From the NCBI RefSeq assembly GCF_009834535.1, contig NC_045697.1, positions 115,694,001 through 115,758,000 of the forward strand: a stretch of DNA of 64,000 nt. Direction: 5' to 3'. The notes beneath the pieces were generated by a model. It saw nothing but the letters and a program-made list of their open reading frames with translations. It made no database searches and was not told where the DNA came from. This document shows positions 1-13,914 of the stretch, piece after piece. Origin of the DNA: Camelus ferus (taxonomy: Eukaryota). The translations under genes were made by a program, and so were the position numbers. Numbering within the stretch: the first letter of the stretch is position 1; the number at the start of each line of letters is the position of its first letter.

Positions 1-1490
1 ATTAGTAATTTGTGTTCTCTCTAATATTTTCTTAGTTAGCCTTGCTAGAAATTTATTGATTTTATTAATATTTACTAAGAACCAGTCTTAGGTTTTGTTT
101 ATTTCTTCTTTTGATTTCCAGTTTTTGATTTCATTGATTTCTGCTCTAATTCTTATTCTTTCTTTTCTTCTGCTTATTTTAGATTTAGTTGACTCTTCCT
201 TTTCTACTTTCCTAAAGTGGAAATTTAGATTATTGATTTTAGATCTTTCTTCTTTCTAAAATATGTGCTCAATGCTATAAATTTCTCTCTAAACACTGCT
301 TTTGCAGCTATGCCACAAATTTTGATAAGTTGTAGTTTCTTTTTAATTTAGTTCAAAATATTTAAAAATTTTTCTTCAGATGTTTTCCCTTGACTCATAT
401 GTTACTCAGAAGTGAATTGTTCAAACTCCATGTAGTTTGAGATTTTCCAATTATCTTTCCATTGTTGATTTCTAGTTTAATTCCATTGTGGTCTGAAAGC
501 AGATTTGTGTGATTTGTATTAAGTTTGTTAAGGTGTATTTTATGACCCAGGATGTCATCTATCTGGGTTACTATTCCATGTGAACTTGAGAAGAATGTGT
601 ATTCTGCTGTTTCTGGATGAAACAGTCTATAAATGTCAGTTATATGCACTTGAGTTATGGTGTTACTGTGCTCAGCTATGTCTTTACTGATTTTCTAACT
701 GTTGGTTCTATCCATTTATGATTGAGGGGTGTTGAAAGTCTCAAACTATGCTAGTAGAATCATCTATTTCTCTTTGCAATTTGATTTGTTTTTGCCTCAC
801 CTAACTATGACGCTCTGTTCTTAGACATTAATGATTGTTACGTCTTCTTGAAGAACTATCTATCCCCTTTATCAGTATGTAATGCTTTTCTTTATTCCAG
901 ATAATCCTCTTTACTTTGAGGTCTGCTTTGCCTGAAATTAACATAGCTCTTCCTGATTTCTTTCATTTAGTTTTATCATGGTATGTCTTCCTCCGTCCAT
1001 TTACTTTTAATCTATATGTATCTTTATATTTAAATTGGGTTTCTTGCAGACCATATATAGCTGGATCTTGTTTTTTGATCCACTCTGACAATCTGTGTCT
1101 TTTAATTGTTACATTTAGACCACTGGTGTGCAAAATGATTATTGATACAAGTGGATTAATTGCTACTGTTTTCTATTTATTGCCCTTGATCTTTATTCCC
1201 AGTTTTATCTTTCACTCTTTTTTGTGCCTTTTGTCATTTTAATTGAACATTTTTTATGATTCCTATTACTCTCCATTTTTAGCATATTGGTTGTATTTAT
1301 TTTTACTTTTTCTAGTGGTTGCCATAGAGTTTGCAACATGCAGTTACAGCTAATCCAAGTCCACTTCCAAATAACACCAGACCACTTCATGGGTAGTATG
1401 AGTACTTTGTAATCATAAAATAATCCTAATTTCTCCCTCCTGTCCTTGTATCATTTCTTTCATTTATTTCGCTTATATATAAACACACAT
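1..1490 (-). mobile_element. Old L1 (L1M-type) fragment covering the ORF2 endonuclease region, running off the left edge
   Basis: ORF 395..649(-) reads DIYRLFHPETAEYTFFSSSHG..IDDILGHK..LNK, the L1 ORF2 endonuclease motif; T-rich antisense L1 composition; frames broken. Confidence 0.9.
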
Positions 1491-1671
1491 AAACATACAT
1501 TTTATTGATTTCATTAACTCACCAGCAATTATTAAGATAAAAATTAGCTCAGTCATTTTTAAAATGAGATTTAGAGATGCACATAATTAAGAATCACAAA
1601 TTAAATTTTCCATTGGGAAAAGAGTTTTCCTTATCATAAACCAGTCATCATCTACACAAAATTTATAAGAT

Positions 1672-2042
1672 TTTTTTTTTGAAGTACAGTTGATTTACAA
1701 TGTTGTGTTAGTTTCTGCTGTACAGATAGTCTGGTGATTCAGATATACATATATATATATTCTTTTCATATTCTTTTTGATTATAGGTTATTACAAGCTA
1801 TTGAATATAGTCCCCTGTGCTATACAGCAGGTCTTTGTTGTTTATCTATTTTATATACAGTAGTGTGTATCTGCTATTCTCAAACTCCCAATAAATCCTT
1901 TCTCCTCATTTCTCCTTTGGTAACCATAAGTGTGTTCTATATTTGAAAGTCTGTTTCTGTTGTGGAAATAAGTTAATCTGTGTCATTATTTTTAGATTCC
2001 ACATGTAAACAATACCATATTTGTCTTTGTCCAACTTCACTT
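1672..2042 (-). mobile_element. 5'-truncated L1 3' end (cetartiodactyl type)
   Basis: Poly-T at 1672-1680 then gaagtacagttgatttacaatgttgtgttagtttctg (L1 3'UTR antisense); degenerate TSD aaaatttataagatt / aaacttcataagatt. Confidence 0.85.
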
Positions 2043-2449
2043 AAAAACTTCATAAGATTAATGCACAGAATTACCTGCTGTGTTACTGCAAAACTAGATG
2101 TTGGGAGGGATCCCTCAGAAAAATGGACCCATGTGATTGATTTATCAAAAGATGAAGTGATACATGACATAAGCTTAGGAAATTCTTTGAGCCACATAAT
2201 TCTATAGTCTGATAATTAGCATCAGCATGGATGAACTATTGACCAGACCAAATATGGGTGCCTTCCTCCGCACCCATGCCTCTTGACCGATCTTTCTAGG
2301 AGCCCAGTGTTCTTGGACCTTGGCCACACTCCCTCACTGCACAGAAACTTCAGTGGGGATGGTCCTCCTCTTACAGAGTCTCACCTCCTGCCCCCTCCAC
2401 TCTTGCCTAGATAATTAAGAAGCAGAAAACATGGATCCAAATCCCAGAT

Positions 2450-2620
2450 CTACCTTAATCCAATTGTATGATTTCAAAGTTGTTTAACATTCTAAAATCC
2501 CTTTTCTTGTTTAAAGTTAGAGATAACCTCTGTGTGGTTAATGGGCTTGTTATGAAGTTTAAATAAATTTTCACATTTTCAATAGCTTGTATAATGCCAG
2601 CCACCTAATAGCCTTTCAAA
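2450..2620 (+). mobile_element. MIR SINE relic
   Basis: Degraded MIR core (tttcttgtttaaagttagagataa...gggcttgttatgaagtttaaataa). Confidence 0.45.
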
Positions 2621-2879
2621 AAATAATATCTATGAGTATAATTATTACTGTCCTCATTTCATTAGGCTTCTGTCCTCTGGAAAATGAGAGGCCCTGTAAT
2701 CTGAAAATTAATACATAGTGACATATTGTTGAGTGTTAATATTGTAAAGGTGATTGGTGTTATGTGTTAACTACCAGGTGAATATTTGCAGCTAAAGCAT
2801 TCCCTTCTATGACAATGCTCAACCTAGTGCTGCTTTTATTTGTGTCCTTGATTTTAATAGGCATTATTACTCAAAAAAG

Positions 2880-3075
2880 TAAGTTTCCATCACCAGACAA
2901 ATTTGGCAAATGCTGAGTTAAACAAAACTGAAAGGGATTCCTTCCTGTGTTAATTCTCCTAATTCTTTAATATGATCGTGTACATTATATTTGAAAGAGA
3001 ATCTTAAGAAATCAATCGGAACTTCTGAGCAATTTCCAGACCTTGGGCTCCATGATTCATACTAGAGAAACCCTG
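2880..3075. mobile_element. hAT-Charlie (MER103-like) DNA transposon relic
   Basis: tttggcaaatgctgagttaaacaaaactgaaagggattcctt resembles the remembered MER103 consensus; family name uncertain. Confidence 0.35.
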
Positions 3076-3789
3076 ATACCCAGAGGGGCCTTAAATGCTA
3101 GAATGTGATGCAAACAACAGCAGAAGCTCGTCCTTCTGGTACATACTCTTCCACACTTATATGTCGCTCCTGAAATTACTTATTCCATTTGTAGCCTGCA
3201 ACCAAAAGTATCCACATCAAGATTTCCTAAGCAATGTAGTCAAATTCTTGGTGATAAAATCAACATTTCCCAAAAGGCACTGAACAATCCCACCTTTCTT
3301 TGTTTCTCACCGCAAATTGCTTGAAATTGGGACTTGCTTAGAAAGTATTTATACTGTTCCTATCCCTCTTCATTCACAAAACACTTCCCTCGGTGCCTGA
3401 TCTAAGATGCCAATTCTCATATTATTTCCTCTGCAATACACTTCTAATTATATCTAGAGAATCAAGACCAATGCCTGTGCACAATTTCTCCAAGAATTGC
3501 ATATAAGAAATTCAAATAACTGAAGTGCTTGTGTGGGAATTTACATGTTTTTACCTATTAAGTACTTTTCCAAAATAAAAGTGGCAGCCAGGAGCAACCT
3601 CAGTGCCAGTTATAATGTGCATGAGGCTCTCCAGCTGAGCACAAGAATGTGATTACTTACCATGAACAAAAATGGAAGAAGAGTGGGTGGGTTTACAATT
3701 ACAGACAATCACCACTCTGCATTTGCTGCTTTGCAACTTGAGAGCTTTGTAGCCAAAGGTAAGCATGTGAAAATAAAGAGCCACCCCAG

Positions 3790-4078
3790 TGGGGAGGGAT
3801 AAATTGGGAGCTTGAGATTTGCAGATACTAGCTAGTATATATATAAAGTAGATAAATAAGTTTATACTGTATAGAACAGGGAACTATAGTCAATATCTTA
3901 TAGCAATTTATGGTGAAAAAGAATATGAAAACAAATATGTGTATGTTCATGTATGACTGAAGCACTGTGCTATACACCAGAAATTGACACAACATTGAAA
4001 ACTGACTATCTTTCAATAAAATTATATATAAACATAAAACCTTTTTCAAAAAAAAGGTCACCTAGAGAAAAAAAAAAA
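3790..4078 (+). mobile_element. 5'-truncated L1 3' end
   Basis: ggggagggataaattgggag...cagggaactatagtcaatatctt...caataaa then poly(A); TSD aaagagccaccccag (3775-3789) / aaagagcaatcccag (4079-4093). Confidence 0.9.
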
Positions 4079-5984
4079 AAAGAGCAATCCCAGAAAGCTT
4101 GGGCTTAGGTGGGAAAAAAAACTCCACATAAATGCTCAGAAATTGGGACTGAAGTAAACAAAATAGAAAAGAAAAAAAAAAGGGAGGGGGGATTATTATA
4201 ATTAAAGCAGTTCTTTATTATCTCAAATGATGCATTATCATCCCTTATTAGTCAGATCAATTACAAATAATCAGAGCTTAAAGTAAACATTTCTTGATAA
4301 CTGTTTTAATAATGAATTTCTTTTTTGTCCTCTCTCTCTTTTCATTTTAGCTATGCCCTGGGAGTGTGGATAATTTGTATTGAGATAGAAATAATTTTCC
4401 CAAATAAGAAACAACCTATTTGACAAAAGGTATCATTTCAGGATGGAAGTAATTACATACATTGTCTCATTTATAGGAAGAGCAATTCCTAGAATTTTTA
4501 TAGACTAAGACATAAACAAAATAGTATTTTTCCAAGACAACAAAGAAAAGTAGACGCCAGAGCCAGAATTCAAAACCAGATCTCTGTGATTTCAGGTCCC
4601 AGCTGGTTAAACCATTGTACCTTCACCCTTTCCTGAATCAGGAGCAAATAAACGTCACAACATGCCCCACAGCCCCACAGCCATTCTCCCATCAGACTTC
4701 TCTTCCCACGGGACAGCTCGTGAGCACATTCCTGGAAAACTAATTTCTACATTCCCTGATGAGGAGAGCATATATTTGGAAGTACACTGTAATTAAGTCT
4801 TTTCTTGGCAATAGCTTCTTCACCTTTGACCCACACTGTGTCTCTTACTCTCAGCGCATTTCTGGGACTTAGTGGATTTGAACTGAAACTTTGAGAGATG
4901 CTGTTTGGTGATCTAGCCATCTCATCTGAAGGCAGCCTGACCTGGAATGGTCAAAATCTACAACAGAACTTTGCCTTCACGTGACACACCTGTTGGAGAA
5001 CATTTTAAAAACAGAATGGTATTAGGTTGAGGCACAGGTCGGTCCACTTTGCCTGTTTTATATTAAAGACTTCACAATTAGGGCAGCTCCCTCCCAATTC
5101 TTGGATCCAAGAACATTAGGAACTGAAATTACTTTATGAAACATCTACTCAAGGCTTTCACTTTCTAGGTAAGAAACACGAATTCAAGAAGAGGTTGGTC
5201 TCCTGGGATAACCTTCTGCCATTGAAATGCAACTCTATTTGTCTATGCCCTCATTCAGAATTATTTTGGAGCAATTGTGTATTCTTCATTTGTGTCTACA
5301 AGGTTTTAGCACTCATGAGACCTCGAGGACACTCCCTAGTCAACAAAGAAGGCGCCAGTGAGATCTCTCATGCAAATAATATGAAAATGCATTTATTTCT
5401 CACTTCAGTATCAGGTACTCCTCACTTATAATAGGCAGATTTTCATTCCTTTTACTTGATTTTCAATCCTTCAGCACATACTTGTATAAAAGGTTAAGTA
5501 TATCTTAGGTACTCTTTTATCATATTATAAGTGTGTTTCTGAGTCTCCAGGTAAGTTGCCTTTGTGTTATCTCCTTCCCCGGAAACTTTGCAGAGCCCCA
5601 GTTGGTAAAAGAAATGATTAGGAGCAAGATTCATTCCGGGAATGTAACATAGCCATCTACAACTCTGTTGTACAAAGTTTTCCTATTGAAACCTGTAAGC
5701 ATCATTTGAAAATCCACTTTCATTTCCAAAGACTTCAGTGAGAAATAGGATAGAGTGGGTTGGATGAAAAGAATAAAAAGAATGGGCAAAGAACTGCAAA
5801 ATCTAAGACATTATTCTCAGCCTTATGCAATTTGAATCAAATCACAGAATCTTTTCAAGTTTGGCCTGTTTATCTGTAACCTAGAGCTAATACCCGTCCT
5901 GCTGACCTCACGGTTGATTGGGGATTAAATGTGATAATGAGTGTGAGACTGCTTTGTGAGCTGTTAGTCACTACCAATTAAGCT

Positions 5985-6560
5985 CTTCATTTATTCAACA
6001 CGTCTGAGCTCCTACCCCGTGGCAGCCTCTCTGACAAGTACTGAGCTCATAGTCATGACCCCAAAAATCTGTGGGTCTTAGGGTCCAATGGAAGAGACAG
6101 ACATTAGCCAAAAAGCACAGAAATAAGCATATAATCAAAGTGTGATAAATTGAAGTGAAAGATCAGGGTACTGTGAAAAAGTAAGAGTGAGCTTCCCGGA
6201 AAGTCTAAGTTCATAGCATTTTTTTTTTTCAGGGTAATGTTTCTCTTTTTTTTATAAAGAAGTTCATAGCATTTAAACAAAGATGAACAGGATATGGACA
6301 AGGAGTTGGAGGTGACAAGCACACCAACTGTAGGACATTGCCTTAAAAGAGAAATCATTTTGAGTTCCCCAGGAATAGCAAGCAAGTAGAAGAGAGCCGT
6401 GTAAATAATGTTGGAGAGATAGGCAAGGGCCAGATGGTCCAGGAAATTATACTTCTTGGGAAGAATTTTGGTTTATATTCTAAGCGCAGTGGAAAAACCA
6501 TTAAAGCATATTAAGAAATGACATAAGATGAACAGTGTTAATAAACACTTCAGTGTCTGT
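5985..6560 (-). mobile_element. L2 LINE 3' fragment, interrupted by a micro-insertion at 6222-6259
   Basis: ttcatttattcaaca..tgagctcctac (L2 3' end antisense) and ggagagataggcaagggccagat...ttggtttatattctaagcgcagtggaaaa (L2 body). Confidence 0.7.
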
Positions 6561-7904
6561 GTGGACTGTATTTGAGATCTGCTTTTGTGGTTGAAAAAAA
6601 AAAAAGAACGGACGGTGAATTCAAAATTGGAGCAGAGTGAGGGAGAAGAAACGTTGTAATGCTTTATTTTTTTGATGGAGGAGTAGCTGGACGCAGGCGC
6701 TGTGTACTGCAGTGGGGTGGCTAGGCAGATGGCAGCAGACTTGAAGGAGCATCAGAAGTCAAGAGCTTATTTGGCAACTTGCTGAGATTGAAGATTTACT
6801 TTCTTCTAATGTACAAAGGCACCCAGAGGACCCTGGGTGCCCAAATTCTGAAATGTGTAGTCTGATAGTCCATGATGTCTCTAAACGTCCTCTTTTTTAT
6901 ACGAACGTATCCTATTTTATTTAACCAATTCACTGTTGTTGAATATATAGGCTGTTAACAATTCCCTCATTATAAATTATACAATTTGAACATCTTGTCA
7001 TATCCATCTTTGGCTTGTCTTTTTATTATTTTTTAAGATAGATTCCTAGAAGTGGAATTACTAGGTTAAAGGGTCTGCACGTTTAAAAGGTTCTTCACAT
7101 ATACACTATATAAGTTTCTAGAAAGTTCATTAACAAAAGATACCCCCACCAGCAATATCTAAAATACACCTATCAGCACTGAATGCTTTAATTCCACAGA
7201 TGAAGTGGTGCCTTATTTTTCGTATGCAAATTAGATTATTTTTATTTTTATATTATTTACTAAATTTTTAAAATTGAAGTGTATTTGACAAAAAAAATTA
7301 TAAGTTTTATAAAAGTGCACAATGTGATGACTTGACATGCGTTGTGAAAGGATTCCCCCAGCACCTCACCTGTTTACCGATTTCCATCACCTCACATCAC
7401 CTATTATTTGATGCCTTGTTCAGTTTTGAAGTTGAACTCACATTTTACAAAAGTCTTAAAGTAAACTTGAATAGTTGAATACATAGTTGAAGTCAATTTG
7501 AATCAATTTGATTCAAAAATCAAAAGATAAAAGAAATGATGGTCACCCCTCCCCTCCCCCCCCCCCCCCACGGCCACACAGTGTCTCTCGGAACTATCTG
7601 GAGCTATTTCCTGCATATATAATTATTTTCTTCTTTCTTCCTTCTAGCACACTACATTACATTCCTTCACCTTTCTTTTGTCATTTAACAAAATATTTTA
7701 GGAAACACTCTATTTGGGATTGGTATTTTTTTTTTTTAATTTTGTTTCTTATTGAAGTGTAGTTGATAGACAGTGCGAGTTTCAGGTGTTAAACGTCTCC
7801 CTTTGTGTGAGTGGGATTGTTCCAAACGCTTGTACAATTTGGGCACAAATGAAAACCTTCCATCACTATCTTTCACTTCCAAGTACAATCTGGTTAGTTA
7901 GGAT

Positions 7905-8257
7905 TATAAGGTTAGCAACCCCTCAGGTGAAATTCCAAAATCTAAAGATTGTAAAATCTAACTGTGTTTTTATAACTCATTCACGAGCAGAAGTTGACAT
8001 AACCCAACCAAATTTGGCACCAAAAACCCATGCTGAACTGACTGGAGGCTCTGTTGGTTTTATTTCAGCCCTCTTCGCTGGACCGTTTGCATATTTCACA
8101 GAAGTGTAACAGAAATAGAAACAGCTTTGATTGTAAGCTGTTGCCTAGACGCTGCTGGCGAGGTTATGTAATATGTAACACATGCGCTTTATTGCCTTTC
8201 TAAGATTCGGAATCCAGATGCCCATCTAACCCCAAGAGTTCAGAATGTGGGCCGGTA
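7905..8257. mobile_element. TcMar-Tigger-like non-autonomous DNA transposon relic
   Basis: gaaattccaaaatctaaa...ataactcatt...tgaactgac..gaggct...gttatgtaatat...gcctttctaa..cccatctaaccccaagagtt follows remembered Tigger/MamRep-type consensus; TA at both ends. Confidence 0.45.
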
Positions 8258-11200
8258 ACAATATACACCTTCTTGGGAATCATTGAATATTTTCAACCAA
8301 TTTGTTTATCAACAAAGGACAAAAAAAATGATCATTTCTATTTTTACTGCATTCTGGAGACAGATTTAAGAGCAGGCTGGCCTATAAATAGTTAAGTCAC
8401 CTACCCTCATCTCAACCAAACCAAACCAAACCAAATCAAACAAAAAAGGAATTTGGACCAATTCTAAAGGTTTGGGGTTTTTTTTGTTGTTATGTTTGTT
8501 TGTTTGTTTTAGATTAAAAGAATCCAAAATACTGGCCAAGCTAAGAGAAAAGAAAAAGTTTAATTACTGGTCTTTCCCTAAATCTTCATTGGGTTTTGGT
8601 TCTGGTCTTGTTAACAGGAGCAAAATCCAAAGACGCTGCAGCTTTAGTGTCTCACGGAGCCTGCGTGTCTTCACTGACCCAGCACCTGGCGCCCAAAGCG
8701 AGAGGAACTCAGCAATGCAGTCCTTTCTCTCCTTGGAAAGAAGTCACACATGCTCCTGTATTCCTAGAAGAAAAGGTTCTCACCATGTTCTCAGAGTGAA
8801 GGAATCAAACTCTCATATCAGTTTGACTTTTGAATCATCTGAGGTCTCTGTGCCCAACAGGGGAGGCTGCTCGACCCTCCATCAAAAGTTAGAGAGTGAA
8901 TCATGCACAAGAGAGAGCACAGCCATCACACCCATGGACACTACGGCCAAAAAACAGAAAAGTAAGGAATCACTTTCCGATACATAATGAGACAAAGCCC
9001 TGAATGCTTTATCCAGCCAGTTGGGTCTATGCCCATTTAGCTTGACCGAGAAAGGACAGCATCTAGAAACCGGACACTGCTGTCAGGACCCCATTGCCGG
9101 TTCCAGCCCTAGATAATTGGGGCAGGGCGAGAAGGACTGCGAATATAAGAACAATTATTGTTACTTTAATATTAATAAATAATTAGCCTTAAATTTTGAA
9201 TACCTTTAAGTGTCAGGCAGTCAGCTATATACTCAACATGGATAATCTTGCTAGAACGTACAACAACTGTTCAAAACAGACATTATTTTCAATTTACACA
9301 TGTAGAATTGAACCACGGTGAAGTTACAGAAGCCGCCCGACTCCCTCCCTCCGTCTGCTTCCCTACCTTAGACTGGTAGTGGCAGCCTCCTGCCTTGCGA
9401 TTGCTCTGCCCACTGTCTGACACCCATCCATCCTCTCCCACAGCACCTGCAGACACCTATCAAGCTCTTTTTGGGAGCACAGATTTAGACATACACCACC
9501 ATCACCCCACCATTACTCCAAAAAGTATCTTCAGTCTTCAAAAGCTCCCTTACTCAATATCCACTGTTGATAATTTTACGACCTCAAAGTAGGTCAGACA
9601 TTTCAAGCACTGTGTAATTAAGTCTTGATATTGCTTTTAAAAAAATTCTCTTTTGTACCCAGATCTTGACTTTGTCGTTGAAATATTGCATCGTGGTGCC
9701 TCCAGGTGGTGTGAATGCACAATTTCTCTTGCCCACCAGCAGAGTATGCTGCACGTAGTAGGCACTACTCATTTTTGAATGAAAAAGGTGCCGATTTTAT
9801 AGCACTCTTTAGAGCATATACATCACCTCTTCTATACTTTCCAGAGAAGATCTTCTAGATTTAGTACTTTTTACTGAGTTAATTAACAAGATCCACATCC
9901 TATTATAATAAACTTCTTGGCAAAGGCAGCTAACAGTCACTATCTTAGTTTAATAACTGCAGCCTTTCCTTACAGCTTATCTTCCAGCAAAGCCAACGCT
10001 ACAAATTTTGCCTCTTTTTCCTAAGTGCTGACTGAGCAACTTCTTTACATAGACCTTGATCCTCACTAAATCAGGCAAAATCAGGGACAAGTGATTGAAT
10101 GTGTATAGGGTAGGCGGAGGAGAATTTGAGGTTGAGAAGATTGAGCAGACAACAACTTTTGAATTTAAATATTGCCAACCAGAGCAGGCTATGCTGCTCA
10201 CTGAAGACAGATTCATATTCAGCCCCTTGAACTTGAGAAACTAGTTACCTGTTAACCCAGCATCATTCATATAAGGTGAACTGAACTCAAAGGCATCTCA
10301 AAATACCTTTTAAGATCACTATTTTTTTTCATATTTTTTCCTCTTGACTAAATTAACATCTGTATCAAATCTTCCCCTGTTCCTTCTAACTCTGTGTTCA
10401 GTGTGAATGCCAGGTATAAGGAGGCTATATTTAGGCAATTATGAATGTAATTATCTCTTTTGCCTTTATGATTACCTTTATGAGTATCTGATCTTTCAAC
10501 CAAAGGCATCCATTTAGAACTTTTCAAGAAAGAATATAAAGGGATCAGAGGGAAGACTTGGTAATATTTTGCCTGTTAAACAAAATTGAATTTTGCAGGA
10601 AGAAATTTCCTTACAGACTAGGGTGTTGGGTGGTTGTTTTGAGAAAGGATTCTTCAGATGCACTTATCTCCTCCCCCTTAGCAACCTAGGAGAGACTAGG
10701 CCTGGAAGACTTACGTCATCCTATATTCTCCTAAAATAAAGTGTCTCTTATTCTTGGGAAAATAAGACCACTGTTTTATCCTACAAAATAGGGTGAGTAA
10801 AATAAAGCCTCCCTTTGCTTCAAGGAGATTATTGGTAAGAGAGAGAGAAGGAGAGAGGGAAAAACAAATATCCAAATATCTGTGTCCAACTGTCCTCTCC
10901 TGGGGCTTCATTTCAGTGAAAGGGAAATGTCTTCCGTGGTTTGGGAGGTATTTACATACTGACACCAATCCCAACCTTCTGTCTAAGATGTGAAAAGAGA
11001 TTCCCTTTGACACTGCTCTAAATCAACCCAAGGGGCCACCATCTGATTCCTTTTGGGTGGATGAAATCCAGCAGTATCAGCAGAAGGAGGCAGATATGGA
11101 GTATATCTTAGGAAAGCAGAGTGCTTTATAGCAAGGGCTGCATCGGAGAAGCCTGCACCCCTACCCAGGCTTGGACTGAGTGAAAATAGAAGCAGAAGTT

Positions 11201-11924
11201 CACGGAGGCCCACGGTGGAGGGGAGGTGGAGCTTTGCCCAAACTGAAAGAGACCACATCACAAGTTACACCATCCTCAGAACGGAGCTACAGATGCCAAC
11301 CTGACAAACATCAGCCGTGTGGACTTGGCCGAGGAGACAGGACAGCATGTTACCTCCCACCTCACCTCAACCTCTCCACAGAGACTACTCAGTCATCCTT
11401 CTTAGATGTAACAAAATGTCATCAGTTCGGAGTTTGGGTTTTTTTTAAGAGGGCCTAAAACACGATTTCACCCATTTTTCTTTTATTTTCTCTTATTTCT
11501 TTCTGAGTTTTAATGATTACAAGGCATTTTAATGATTATAACTGAACTGGATGATTGGTGATGTTTATAATTAGTCAACAATTGACCTATGGAATCAAAA
11601 GACTGTCAGTTCATGTATTTGAAGACCATCAACCCTCCTATTACTATACTGCTATTTTATAATCATCATTCAAATGTTCTTGGCAGGAAATTATATAAGA
11701 GAAAAAAATTAACTTTACCAAAAAACTATAAAGAGTAAACAAACAACAAACAAACAGACACCATCAAGGTCAATTACTATTGTTTTAACAGGACCCAGCA
11801 CTCACTTATCCTACAACCAGGATTAGAGGTAAGAATGCAGGTTCTTTCAGATAGCAGTTACTAAACACTTGATGTAAATAAGACACTGTGTATCGTCTTT
11901 CCATGCATCTTCTCAGTAAATATA

Positions 11925-13720
11925 CTCAAACAACATGTATTTTTTTCAGTGTCAACTATTTTCCAGGGACTGTGCTAGTTACTGGGTAGAGAGTGATGTC
12001 CCAGACTAGACGGTACCTAGTCGGGTACTATTTATGTCCTCACTTGGCTTAACTTCTCATGGAGAATACAAATCAAAAAGAAAGCAAACTAATAAATAAT
12101 AAAGTAATTTTGTCATAGAAATTCACAAGAGATAAAGAGAATCCCACAAGAAGATCTTCTTCAGGTAGGATCATCAGGGAGGACCTCGGAGGGAGACATC
12201 TTTAAACTAAGCCTAACGTGAGAAACCATATAAAGAGCTAGACTGAAGTGTGAGGCAAGAGGTGAGTGCCATGCAAAGGGCACACCCTATACCAAACAGC
12301 CAGGTCCAGAAAGCATGGAGTGGTCACAGAACTGAAGGAAGCACAGTCTGGCTTGTGTGTGGCAAGCTTGAAGAGGTGTAGCATAACCTAAATCTGACAA
12401 GATAAGCACCAGGAAATCATGAAGAGCCTTGTGAGCCGTAGTAACAATTATGTACTTTATATTAAATTCAGTGGAGGCCACTACAGAATGCAAAGCAGAA
12501 TGTGGTGTGGTTCAGGAGCTACAGATATCTCAGCTGCAATAACGTGGAGACTGGGTAAGAGGGACACAGGAATAGGAAAAGACAAACTAGATTGTAAACT
12601 CTGGGAGCAGTCTAAGCAGAAGATGGCTGTGGTTTGACTAAGGAGCTGGCACTGGAGGTGAAAGGAGAGAATAAAGTTTTATTTTAGAAATAGAATCAGG
12701 ACTGTTAATGGCTCAGTGCTGGGGGGTTAAGGGAGGGAATGTTACCAAACTGAACTTGGATCCAGTCACCCTCAATGCAGCAAAACCAATCCACTGACAC
12801 CAGGTGGTAGTGAAGGGAAGTACAGCATTTATTGCAGGGCGCCCAGCAAGAAGAATGGGCAGCTAGTGCTCAAAGGACCTGGTGGATTTCAGCAAAGCAT
12901 TTTTAAAAGCAAACTTGAGGGTGAGAGCTGCAAGGGGCATGACTTCCCTCTGATTGATTGGTGATGAGGTAACAAGGTGGTGCTTCAGAAATCTTAATCA
13001 TCCATCTTCTGGTTCTAACCAGTCTGGGGTCTATGTGCTTGTGGTCACCCTCTGCCATATGGTGGGAGTCTTAGTTTCTGCAGAACAACTCAAAGTTATG
13101 CATCAGATTGTTATGTGTATCCCTTGAGGAGGAATCAGGACTCTGTTTTATCTCTGAACTATTTTCATCACTTTTCCTACTTAACTATTTTTCCATTGTT
13201 TCTGTGTTCCCTCACTTCCCTAATTAGTAACTGCTTAGATCTGTTCTTTGGGACTCAGGGAAGGTCTAGGAGATTAAAACCTTTTCTACAAATAAGAAAC
13301 AGGGGCCACTGAGGGTCTTTTGTACCTGGGAGGGCTCTGCGGGGTCCTGCTAGGTTTCAGTCCTTTCTTTTCCTTGATTCTTCTCAATCCTGAGAAGAAC
13401 AGGGGTGGGACAAGAAAGGGAGTAAAGTTTTGAATAAAGAAATTAATCATAAACTCGGCAGGGGAACTCAGTTTTAGGGCAACTCAGTTTCAGGAAGAAT
13501 CAAAGATAATTTCTTTGAATGGAAAACAAGGAAAAATTTGAGGTATGTTAGGTTTTAGACATCTGTGAGACATACAAGTGGAAATGAATAAGTTAGAAGT
13601 AGAAATGCGCATCTAAAGCACAAAAGAGAGGCGTGTGTTAGAGACATCGTCATTTTCTTAAAGACGGGATTAAAATCCCTGAGAATTGGTGAGATTCCCA
13701 GAGGAGAGTAAATAGTAAAA
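11925..13720 (-). mobile_element. L2 LINE fragment split by an LTR insertion (12740-13492)
   Basis: L2 antisense motifs (gggactgtgctagttactggg; caggtaggatcatcagggaggacctc; gtctaagcagaagatgg) resume after the LTR (gaatcaaagataat; ttttagacat..tgagacatacaagtggaaatg). Confidence 0.7.
12740..13492 (-). mobile_element. ERV1-class solo LTR (753 bp)
   Basis: TG...CA termini, exact 4-bp TSD ggaa (12736-12739 / 13493-13496), minus-strand AATAAA at 12828-12833; 3' part similar to the LTR at ~28925-29537. Confidence 0.85.
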
Positions 13721-13914
13721 GAAGGAAAATAGAAATGTGGCCCCCAACACCACACAGTTCTTTGAAGTAGGGATTGTTATATTATTTCCATATTACAAGA
13801 GGACAAAACTAAAACTCAGTGAAGGATATATAACTTGCCCAAAGGCTTTTGCAGCTACTAGAAAGCCAAGGCACCTTTCAGTCTATAGCCCAAGCTCTGA
13901 TTCAAAGTCAGTTT

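Noticed and set aside
6818..6841. Hairpin ggcacccag-N6-ctgggtgcc
   Set aside because: A 9-bp stem is expected by chance in 64 kb and has no supporting context
8472..8987. 171-aa ORF (likewise 24066..24653, 37657..38085, 62590..63141)
   Set aside because: No recognisable domains, several overlap low-complexity or decayed repeat sequence; treated as spurious ORF calls
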